Notes under the pieces: generated by a model | What the model was told of the DNA's origin: nothing | What the model saw: the letters and a program-made list of their open reading frames with translations, nothing else | Database searches by the model: none | Part shown: positions 11,600-23,000 of the stretch, piece after piece | Layout of the letters: every line of letters begins with the position of its first letter | How positions within the stretch are numbered: position 1 is the first letter of the stretch | Source: Perkinsus chesapeaki ATCC PRA-425 | Taxonomy: Eukaryota > Protista > Perkinsozoa | Assembly (NCBI GenBank): GCA_013115145.1 | Contig: JAAPAO010000219.1 | Coordinates: forward strand, 1 to 51,485 | Length of the DNA stretch: 51,485 bases | Reading direction: 5' to 3' | Made by a program: the position numbers and the translations under genes

Positions 11600-13628
11600 C
11601 TATCTAGAGCCGCCCTGCGCACTTGACTGCTCAACAAGCTTTTGCCTATATCTGAACAACATAAACCTCATCAAAAGCCGCCCCCTCAGAAGTTGCCTAC
11701 AAGAATTCATCGGCCCAAATTGGCTTATGAGGATCAGGTCCGCTGGATCCTGGCTGCCGCGCCATATTAACCCTGAAACATGAACTTAATCGACAAAGCT
11801 GATCCTGGATGGAGTCCTTTCGGAACGAATACGATGACGATTTCTATTTACATGGCAAACTCAGACTAGCTTCGCCACCTACCTCACTAACTGGGCGCAC
11901 GCAGTTATATCGCCAATTAGAAGATTAGGAACATTTTTCGGCAAAAAGCGGAAATTATTTCCCAGCAAACGTGCACGAATTGACAAGCATACATTTAAGA
12001 TCGGTAATGTATGGAAATTATGCCATCCAACACTAGTACCTTAACGTTCGTCCGTAGAGCTCACTCTCGTTCATATTATCAACCGCATCTTTGGCATCAC
12101 CCTCCTCATAGAACTCCACAAAGGCAAACCTAACTGAGATATATCGGAATTACATCAGTCGATCGAATGCTCCAATAAAATGGCAACAGAGAGTTGTTAT
12201 AAATGTGATCATAGTTACTTTCTTGAATCCTACCTTGGTGAAACTAGCTCCTACATGAATGACTTAGAAAAGGAAGTTTGCGAGCGCCTTGCTGCAGAAA
12301 CTGCAAAGGGACGCCAGAAGAGCATTTCGTAAGGAGGCTACAGTCCCTATAAATGGGAAGAAAGTTTTGTCAGACAAATCGTATTTCCAAGTAAAGTACC
12401 GAAGTGTACCGAGGAAGAATCCTCACTGAGAATCTGCAACAATTTTAGAACCCGCCTCCGCCCCATGTGGGGATCGTTAAAAGCGAATCGCTACTACCCT
12501 CGATGCTTGCTGGTCCCTCGCTCAATCGGCAGCTCTACTTTCTTAATCTCACCGAACGCTGAAACACACAACATTTATATCACGAACGTTAAATTTGCTG
12601 ATGGTTTATAAAAGCCTCCTTTTCTCACAGTGGAGGTCAGCAATTCGCCGGCAGTGTTATACACTATACATCCGAATTGCAAGTAGGAGCAAGTTAGGAT
12701 TTATCAAATAGACTTCCATTATACTTGATCGCCTTACTTATCACCATCGAGCTATTAAATACATTTATTTGACGATGATCCAAATATTGTTATTCATATC
12801 AAGTAAAACGCACCACAGAACGATAAGCCATTGACAAGGCGCATGATAGAAGATACATTCCCCAGACGATTCCGCTGCATCGAAGCCTATATTTTTCCGA
12901 TGCCCTCGACTTCTTAAGTTATTTGTTAAATATGAAACTTTGTAGCATGGTTTTCAAACAGTATTATATATCTTAATCATATTAGTTCCAATGAATAACC
13001 ACCTGATCCACTTTCCGCTGATTCCCTATAAGACCACTGATTTCCTATAAGACCACTGATTTCCTATAAGACATCTGATTCCCTATAAGACCACTGATTT
13101 CCTATAAGACCACTGATTTTCTATAAGACCACTGATTCCCTATTATAAGTTCAGCACTCATTTCGGACACCGAGAATAAGTACAAACAATATTATTATAC
13201 TTCTCAGATTGAGGTGCTCCCTACGTTAAGACTAGTCAATTAGTATATATCTTACTGATATATACTAATATAAGTCTGTAATATGGTATAGTAATAAGTA
13301 ATTATTAATTGGGTCAGACTAATAACCTATTTAGGGGTCTAGTACGAAATTACGAGTGTTAAATTTAGGCGGCCAAATCTCACCTTCCGAGTCGCAAGCA
13401 ATCAAAGTTATGGTCTATAGGACAGCGTGTATCATATATAAATGCCTAATTCAATATATTAATAGCACTCCTTGATAAGGTCTATATTGAAACCCGCTCA
13501 ATAGTACTTTGAAATGCGGCCATTATCACCGTTTTATCGACCTGCTCCTCGAGTCCTCCAACATAGACGGTCCTCGCCATCTGGTCGATGGAGTTGCCTC
13601 CTGGAGCTGCTGATGCAAGGGCTGACAT
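11600..13628 (-). CDS. RRM-only Cyp33/PPIE-like protein, 131 aa, 5 exons (13628-13508, 12558-12498, 12129-12040, 11772-11701, 11651-11600)
   Basis: Spliced translation [88 protein letters not shown] matches the recalled PPIE N-terminal RRM. All junctions are GT-AG with consistent phases. Last exon is less certain. Absent from the ORF track. Confidence 0.88.
13018..13149. repeat. 19-bp minisatellite, ~7 copies, in intron 1 of the RRM gene
   Basis: Unit ctgatt(c/t)cctataagacca. Confidence 0.95.
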
Positions 13629-13775
13629 TAATAAGGGTGTTGATAACCTTCAGGGAGGAGGCAGAGAAGAAATGACGGAAAAATGATAGATGCCGGGATC
13701 GAACCTACGCTCTCAACAGGACTCCTTTCATAATAATCTGTTGACTAGTTTTAATGTACTTTATCATCGCTAATA

Positions 13776-15888
13776 ATGGCATTCGCAGCAGGGAAGCTGA
13801 GACCAGCACAACCAGGCCCGCCTGGTCTAGTAACGCAAAAGATTCTTAAACGAGCTGGTCAAGAAGCGCACCCGATAGAATTATCACAAGCAACTAAACA
13901 AGTTCTAGCTGATAGAGTTATAGGCAAACTGGATGCTAGAAGGTAAATGTCTCTACTACATTAATGAACAATATATTACAATACTATAAATAACTCACGC
14001 ATGCCAGTTCGGGTATAATTTTGCACTCAAAGTGATTGGTAGCTAAGAGCATTTCGATTGTTAAGGCAGCTAACAAGTATATTGAACTCGCTGTTATATT
14101 AATAAATATATGAACTGTAGTGACGCTTGTGTTAAAGTGTTATGTGATAATTGTAAGCGTTTTTATTGCTGTTTTATCAGGTCTTCCTCATCACAGGGAA
14201 AGGGAGAAGTTGAAAACGTATCTGTCGAGGAGGTAGGCTGAGAAAGATTCATACTAGCTCGATTTGATAACCAGCTCGTTTTTTGTACTTTATTCGTCAT
14301 CAAAAAATGATTTCAATAACAATAATTCCTCAGACGTGGATTTCTACCGTCGGCTGCGTGTCATACCAATTAAAAATGTGCAGGGTTCGTGAAGTATTAT
14401 AAAACTTATAACTACTCGACAAATGATATGTTTAGTCTCAGGATTCCTTGAGTGAATCGAGGTCGACGTCTGGCATAAGGCAGGACCCTATCCTCGAGAG
14501 TAAGATACTACATATTTTTCATCACGGGCACTTTACCACGCCATGGAGCATTCCTCTTCAAGAGCTCAGAGCTTCGTTCCGTTAATGGCAGTTTATGGTC
14601 ACTCACCATTGGACTTCTGCTTCTTTGTGTTCGATTTCAATAGATCCTTTTGACGTCTACAAAGCAACTTTGAAGCATCCCCATTCGATTTTATAACTTT
14701 TCACTAGTCGTTTTTTCAGAATGACTAAATGCCTTTAGGCAGTTCATCCCCAATGTCTACAGCATTAATCTCGTTCCACATAAAGGATGCCTGAGATACC
14801 TCCATTGGTTTTTGTGATGTTTTCACTAATCAGTACTACTTTTAAATGGAAGGATGTTTCTTGGACATCTCACGCGTGATGTCTAAAGCATTAATCTGAC
14901 ACTATGATCCCACTGAAAGTGAAATTGGCGAAATGTATACCATTTCTTAGAGCGGAATAAATTAAATAGTTTACATCGTTCAACATGCGAAATCGATCAA
15001 GCGTCCACTCATTATTTGACTTGATCACTTCTACAGCGACTTTGATTTTGTAGGTCCGTCAGATCCTATCGTGGGCGTCTCGATTAAGGAAGGCCCTCAT
15101 AGACATAAGCCACCAGGCACTCACCATAGGAATCGAAAGCATACCGCAGAGGATGTCCTACCACCAGTGGCTGAGGGCATTATTAGGGTGCTGCAGGCCA
15201 GCCCGTATTGCACTGTACAAGAGGTGATCAAGGGGGGGGGGGGGGCTAAAGGGAAGTGTAGTGGCGAACTGCCGCTTGAAATTATTTGCCTAACTGGCAT
15301 TACCGGTATCTATTGGGAAGCTTTTATAAATAATGAAAGAATCATATAACATGTGAGAGAGTCTATAACAGTCTTAAATACTATAGTATTCCTATATAAT
15401 GAGAAGTATGCATTTTATTAACGCCCTCAGAAAGGCGTAGGTAAAATGCACATGTTGCCAATAGGCGCAGGATGGTGTTGGCACCAAGCCACTTGTGTTA
15501 AATATATGTTATGAGACAATCGTCCCGTTGCCGAATGTGAAGGCTATTCGCGCCCTCGGGTAGCTCGGATGGATCTCTGAACTTATCGGCTCTATTCGAA
15601 TTCAACTGGGAGCCGATTCAGACCTTCGTTTAGGTCGCCTCCGATGTCGGTCATGTTCTCCGTAAACACGGTGCCAAGAAAAGCGCGGATGCTTTTGAAT
15701 TGTCGATGCAAACTGCTATAATGTCTTCAGCGGATCCATTGCCTACCACGACTGGAAATACACTAAGTGACGAAAAGCTCGGGTCGATTCGTGTTAGGGT
15801 GGTTGCAGGTGAAAGCGAAACCAAGCAGCGGTTGAGGATCCTGGATCAGATGGTCAGGGCTATTCTTAAGCATGACATTGACAAATAA
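13776..15888 (+). CDS. Uncharacterised multi-exon protein, divergent from the RRM gene
   Basis: ATG 13776, exon 1 MAFAAGKLRPAQPGPPGLVTQKILKR..KLDAR|gtaaat. Further open exons with splice sites near 14181-14232, 15055-15232 and 15634-15790. 3' end uncertain. Confidence 0.5.
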
Positions 15889-16318
15889 GTGCGTGAGATT
15901 GAGCTCTGTGGTGTTAGTTAGTTAATTTGTTCTTGGGAGAGAAGGGCAGTGGCTTGGGCTTGTGATGGCGGGAATCGATTAACACGGATGGACGCAACTT
16001 ACTCCATTCCCGGTGGAAATCACTCCATCTTCCTGATGACTGTAAAATGCCAAATCGGTAAACCGTACGTCGTACTATTCAAGGAACAGGATCCTCCATT
16101 ATGTATCTCCACTGTCACGCACTTGTTGTCGGGGATTAGGAAAACCTTCTCACTCTCTCTATCAGAGGTTCACGTCTCGCTGATGTAGGATTATTCCTTT
16201 ACTTGCCAGTTACTCGTGTAGACTTTTACTCAACATTCGGAGTAAAGTTCTATCAAAAATTGAGTCTCTGAGTCTGGTAGGAGTTCTCGACGCTTGTCGT
16301 CAGTCCCTTCCTTGACAG

Positions 16319-16483
16319 CAGTGGCGTAGCTGGGTACTTGACAGTGGGGGGGGGCAAGGTGGGGGGGACGGACCTACACTGCTAAGGGCCAATTACTGTA
16401 CCCAAAACCCATACCCCACAGCACCCATACCTGCCAGCAGGGGGGCAGCGTGGGGGCGCACCCCCCTCTCAGCTATGCCACTG
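16319..16483. mobile_element. 165-bp non-autonomous hAT-type MITE
   Basis: TIRs CAGTGGCGTAGCTG...CAGCTATGCCACTG (13/14 match). Perfect 8-bp TSD CTTGACAG at 16311-16318 and 16484-16491. Confidence 0.92.
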
Positions 16484-17099
16484 CTTGACAGTTATAGGGA
16501 TCGCTCTACAACCGGGATCCACCAGGGATCAATCAGGTCATGTGAAAATGTTTACGTACTTCGAGTGGACTAAGAATCTTTCTGAAGAGGAGATAGACCA
16601 TAAATAATTCCAGACAATCTGTTCCAGAAACTGTGTTCCTGCAGCAAAAGTAATTGCCATTCACTGGATAAATTCAAAGACCAACTGCGCGCACGAGGCC
16701 GACTTAAGGGCGCGCAGCAACCCTCGGGTAACGACGATCCCTCTCGGTGATTGGTCAACCCACCCACCCCTCCCATGACGCTAATTCCTGTTTCTCAACG
16801 AACACGGACTTTGTTTCGTGTGACGCGGATAACAATGTCGCTCCTCTGAACTAAGAGCTGACGGGCGACGCCGCGTCCCAACTCCCACCACTGTTGAGAA
16901 ACGGAGCACAGCTGGTCTTTGATAGAAGAGAAAGCACGTGAAGGTGAAATGAAAGGAAGCACGACTGGGTGAAAAGCATTTCTTTTGGGAATGTTGGGTG
17001 TTCCTCAATGAAGCCCTGCTGCCCACGATAATCACGAGCAGCATATCATCACCCTACTTCACTTGACTATAATATGTGATAGTATACGTTGTATATTAA

Positions 17100-20000
17100 A
17101 TGCCTACGGCCCCATTAAACAGCGGTAGCAATGTTGTTGCTCCTAAGGTTGTGACGTCTCCAAAGCCCAGTGCAATTAAAGGGACGCATTTCTGGCAGAA
17201 CCCCTTCGTGAATGTTATGAAGGTGAGCTTGGGGCTACCAGAACACTTGGGGCTTTACTGGGGCAACGTTGGAATATCTCGTAAGGCTCCTTGGAGGAGT
17301 TATGATTTAGATAGACTGCCTAATAGTGAATATACTACAGTCAATTATCTAAGGTAGTTAACTGGTTGAGTATATCACTAAAGTCTGAGTCAGAGTCCAT
17401 AGTCCATCATACCTGTTCGAATTCATGTGGAGTGTCACAAATTGTCAAGTGATGCACGGTGTCAGTATGTAGGTGTTATAATATGTATTATTTGACTTTC
17501 TCAAAGATACGTTTACGCATTGGAAAGATTCTCCTTTCAAAGTTATGTTTTCGCACTGGAAAGATTCTCCTTTCGAAGATATGTTCTCGCACTGGAAAGA
17601 TTCTCCTTTCGAAAAAATGTTTTCGCACTGGGCAGATCTGAGTCAGTGTCAATGAAAAGATATATGGAAAGAGAATTCCAGACTCCTATTTCTTCCGAGT
17701 CAATTTTTTGCTCCATAATGAAGTTTCCGGCAGATATTTGGTGGTAAGGCCGAGACTAGAGGTGAAGTGTCCGAGGAGCTCGATAAGGATATATCGAAAA
17801 GAGTTAAAAGAATATACGGCAGTATATCAGCTAATAACTATATACGGTATCCTGGGGCGAAGAGCCAGGTGAAGACATTGGAGCTTACGGGTAAGGATAT
17901 GCCAGGGAGAGCTTGAAAGATACTTTTATTTAAATTACAATAAATTTGGCATCAAAATCAGGATGCTGTCCATGCCTAGGCTGTAGATAAATATGTATCA
18001 GGAGTATAGAGGAGTAAAAATTAAGTCTCAACTCGCATTTTTGACCAAGTTAGCTCTGCACACTCAATTCCGGTATCTCGATGAAGCGTACTGCAAATGC
18101 ACAAGCTTAGGTACCTGAGCTTTCATTTCGTGTGTAAAACCCCTGTATACCAAACATATTGTTCTATTGTTGCCAATGAGTGCATGATATTGTAGAGGTA
18201 TATTTGCTGTTATAAGGGATCGTACGTCCTCACTGGTGAAAAAGTGGTCGTTGAAGGCCAGGAAGATTTAAGCCTGTGGTATGGAATGACATTATTGGCC
18301 TTATGGGCGTAGACTGTATTAGGCGTATAGCCCAATAACCAAGTTAAGTAAAAGACAACTAGAGCGGGACAAATGACTTAACAACTCTGAGACTATATCT
18401 GGGCATAGCGACTGCGCATAGCGCAAGAGCCTGATGAATATGAGCCGCATTTTGATTGTTGTTGTCGACGCCTCAGGACGGGCTTAGTCTGACGTTTGGT
18501 TTGTGAATGCTACTTCTGTTTTATAATTTTATATATGCTAATTAGTTATACTATTAATAAATGGTACCAGTGGTCTGATTCAAATATAGAGTATTGCACA
18601 TACACAATATAATAAAGGTAGATTGAAAAGTATTAGTAACTAAATAACAAAGAAATAGTCATCCTTTCGTATAATCTTCTTTCGGGGTTTCTTATTACAT
18701 ACTTTGTGATCAGGTAACTATCTTTATATTGTAATGCGTACAATAGCCGACAGATGCTTTGTTATCCATATCGATGTCGAAGGTTCAGATGGCAATAATA
18801 TAAGGATATCTTTGTCGAACATGTAAGCTCGGAAATTGTTACTGCTCCTCTTTTTTCGAATAATATCTCTTCCGACGCCAAATTGGATCACGGTCATAAT
18901 TTCACTCGGGCTCTGACAGTACCAGGTAGGATATATTCTCAGAAAATTAGTATCAGGAATATATTTCAAATATTTATTTATGAGTCCCCTCGATCGTATT
19001 GAGAACGCGTAAGTGGAGACGTGTAAGCCGTGGATGCGAGAGTATCTTCTGAGCACAGCACTTGCCAGCAGTTAAGCTTTATTAGCAGCAAGAATCACAA
19101 CTTTATCTACATTAGTACTCGAGTACTAAGCAGCAGCAAGAATCACAACTTTATCTACATTAGTACTCGAGTACTAAGCAGTAGCAAGAATCACAACTTT
19201 ATCTACATTAGTACTCGAGTACTAAGCAGTAGCAAGAATCATTCATGTCAGGGAGATGTAAAGGATGGCGTAATAGTAAAGATTTCTATGGTATTTGGTA
19301 AATGTATTGCGCCACGTGAACGCAAAGTGTGATCGATATGGTACGTAACCTAATTCTGCCCATCAATAAGACGAAATACAATGTAGCTGGCGAAAAAATT
19401 AGCCCGCCTCTGGCGCGCATTTGTAGATGACACGTACTGTACGTCATGGCGTTCGATTGTCTCGCCGCTAACTCGCAGTAATATACATTGACGGACATTT
19501 ATATTGTTGTTAGAGGACACTAGATGTGTTCAATCATGTCAACCAATTAGGCTTCTTCAGTGGTGCCTATGTGGTGAAGCTTTCCGCTGTGAAATGTTTC
19601 CAGGTTCAAAATGACTAAGGTGCAGGCGCCCAGGACCATACAGTGTCCGATACATCCTCCCCATGACAAATGGTGCGTATTGTGTGTCTACATCAGCGGC
19701 GTTATCGCGCTCTATTCGCCGGGTAAGGGAGCGAAGCCAACACACCTTTTGCCCGATGTAAGACAATTTCGTGGCGCAGTGACGGGGATAATCATCAGGT
19801 TCATTTTGTAAAGAGCGTTCAAATTGGTGCGTCACTTTTGCTCCGCGGGATTTACACTAGTGATAATCATTATTTACTCGATGACCTACCTCGGGAAATG
19901 CAGCCGACGCATAAGGAAGTGGAGATAGGATGGATTGAGGTGCCGATCAATTCGAGCAGCGAGAATCCTAGAGGTAGTCAATGTACGACTCGTACAGTAC

Positions 20001-23000
20001 GAGATATATGTCGATGGTATTTATATATGATAATCACACTGTGAGATGAGTGTCTCGACTGGCCGACTCGAACCCGCAGACGGCAATCGCTGTCCCGCAG
20101 GTTTTGTTAGGAACGTAATCAGAACAGATGAAACGCTGCCGAGTCGGGGGATTTGGATTCATTCCAGCCGCGAGAGCGGTATGAGATTTTTCAGATGACA
20201 ATAAGATCGGGTCTGACACCACCGACAGTATAATGACGCGTCTGGAGGCGAATTCTCCTGAGGGGACACCAGCAGCACACAAGTTGAGCGCGCGACAAGA
20301 GCAAACGGATCAGGAAAATGAGGTGAGACATGAACTCAACGTAGCGCTGGGAAATTTAGAAAAAATTATTATTTTTCGTTAGTTTTGCATACGCATTTTT
20401 TCAAGTGCAAAATTTGCATTTCCTTCGAAATGAGCATTTTCTGATGGATGCCACTTTCCGGGGTGGGCAACCCTTGACGTTTTGCATGGGTCAGCAGTAC
20501 TGCTCAGGCCAGTCTGAACATGGATTCGAATACCATCGAACCGATACCGCGACAGCAGGGGATGAAAGCTATTTCGTTGATACCTCCAACTAGTATGCAA
20601 CTGAAGCAAGTTGTGTGCGCTAGGCCGCAGCTGGGAGGCAAGAACATGTCGAGGAAGACGACCGCCAGCCAGCGGAGGTTCGCCGTGTGGGTTCGAGATC
20701 AGGTGAGGGTGGCGGGTGGCGGGTGGTCCTACTTAATGGGTTGGCAGGATTATCTCAGAGGTGCGTAGAGTTGTGTTGGACGTTGATGGTTCGGCAGTAC
20801 GTTCTAATGGAGAGCTGATCTAGTTCTACGTTCTACTCAATTGTACGATTATCGCAGACGCCGATTAACTTGCCACATGGATTTCTGCTTTTAAATGAGA
20901 TTGTCTTAAATTTCGTTCCCCAAGCCCGAAGGAAACATTCAGCAGTGATATCATTCGTTGTTGAAATATTGTCTCTTTTTTTCTCAGCAATCATCACAGA
21001 AACCTGTCGTATGTGCTTCGTCTGCTGGTCACTTATCGCTTTCCTCCATCAACTCGACCGTGAGCCGCGAGCCAAGGCTGATATCTGGCTCTGGTCTCGT
21101 GGCCTGTCTGGCCGGGGCTGACTCTGGTAACACCGTTATTACGGCGGAGGCAGGTGAGATGTGATGTGAGGACTGTATTTCATCTTGATAGGCTTCAATT
21201 TCTCATGAGTGCGCCCTTTTTTATCGAGAACTGACAAAGGGTTTATGAGTTCTCAATAAAAAGGTAGAGGTACTCATAAGCTTTATGATAAAGCTAAGAC
21301 TAAACGAGATACGGGGAAAAAATTCCTAAATTAAAAAAAATAAAATTTTCCCTAATTTCCTTACTTGAACTTCCCGCGGCTCTCGCTTAACGAATATGAA
21401 CCCCTTCTGGCGGCCTCAGTCAATCTCAGAGCCTCCAGTAGCGCGAAAGCGTTGGCCGAACACTACCGAAAAATCATTCGTTTTTTTCCTTGTCGGCCAC
21501 CACAGAGGAAGTTCTAGCACCTCCAATGTGATGACTTTCAGGAACGCCGCCTGTCATCCGTCTGTGGAGACCGACCGTCAGTCAAACTCAACCTGTATGC
21601 ATTATAGCATGCCCGATGTTGGCAGGTGAGGGCTATCTGTAGCCGACGCTGGAACACTTTCCATCTCAACATGAATTTTTGATTGGTGACTCCGATCCTA
21701 TCGGCATTCGCCCGTTGCGTGAGTTGTTGAAGTCTTCAACTTGGAGACATCAATCTTTTTGCGCAAAATGTATCCTTGTAAAATTCAGAATCCGACTGTT
21801 AGAAGAAATGGGAAGAGAAAAATAGAAAACGCTCGAGAAAATGGGCAGTTCCCTCTTAGAGGCGAAGACACTTGAACGTGGACTTGGAAACTTAAATCTG
21901 CGTCCAGGAGATCGAATCCTCCCCGTGGCGATGTTGAAATCGTCAGCGCTCTCGCGGATCTTGTCTTGATGTCATCAAAGCACGGCGTTGATAGCGAATC
22001 CGATATTCTAAAGTCAGATTGTAGCTCGATTATTTTCAAGACTTGGTTAAATTCTTTTCAGCTCGGGAACAACTAAATAATAAATGAAATAATATTTTTT
22101 TTGGAGTCCCTAACAAGAACGCAGGCAAGAGTTTCTACTATATTCCACTTCACGATCTGAAGTCGACGACACTCTATTCTGTCATTCGCCGACAAGGGGG
22201 CTGCGGAAGGGTCTTCCATACCGCAGCCCCGTCAGCAGCGTCAGAGAGAACATGCTGCGTGTCAGGTGTAGAGGATATCTGCTCTGACGCGGACTCGAGA
22301 AGATTATGTATCGTGGGAAAGGACGCTCAAAGGAAGCAGCAACAGTTGTTCCTGTGGAGCATTCCAAACCCACCGACTCATACACCGGGGAGAGCTATAG
22401 TGTGCAAACCGGCGGAGCTTGTCGCTAAGCAGGTGAGCTTTTGGACAGCGGAGGAGAAGTGTGGAGAGTATTATGAAAAGTAGATTTTTTTGCTCATGAA
22501 GTTCACGAATTTCTGCGGTTCAGCAAGGCAGATATGATCTGTGATCTGATGGGGCAAACGAGGAATATAAAAATTCAGAGCAATAGCATCCTAGCTTGAA
22601 AACCGCATTTTCCGACCGACTATTCGAGATTTAAGAGCTCTGGGAGGCCCGACAGATATCCCAGGGCGGATTCTTCGATCGGCTTAGCTGATGGTTTGGA
22701 ACTCCTCTCAGCTCTGCGGTGCGTGGCCGATTCAAGCGATGAAGTTCTCTCCATTCCGACCGTGGAATGTCACTAGCATCGTCTCCTGCGGTTTCGAGAA
22801 CATACGTTTCTGGCGCGCCAAGGATCAACATCTTGCCGGCGTGTCGGTACAGTTGAACCAGTTGGCGAGGGATACGGTCTTTACAGATTTGGACTTCGAA
22901 GGTATGCAATTAGATTTTGGCCAGTATGGTGGATCGTTCTGGAAATTTGGCAAATTTCAATTTGTCGGAGGATTTCCCAGATCTTGCCGGCGAATTAGAT

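Noticed and set aside
13680-13750. tRNA gene (GGTTCGATCCC)
   Set aside because: The T-stem is mismatched and no acceptor, D or anticodon arms can be built.
15231-15252. Poly-G run as a G-quadruplex element
   Set aside because: A simple intronic homopolymer with no supporting context; length is error-prone.
19084-19241. CRISPR-like palindromic repeats
   Set aside because: Intervening sequences are identical (no unique spacers), no cas genes are present, and the array is in a eukaryotic intron.
21396-22039. Nested antisense gene in a WDR90 intron
   Set aside because: Short open frames only; no consistent exon chain or family motif.
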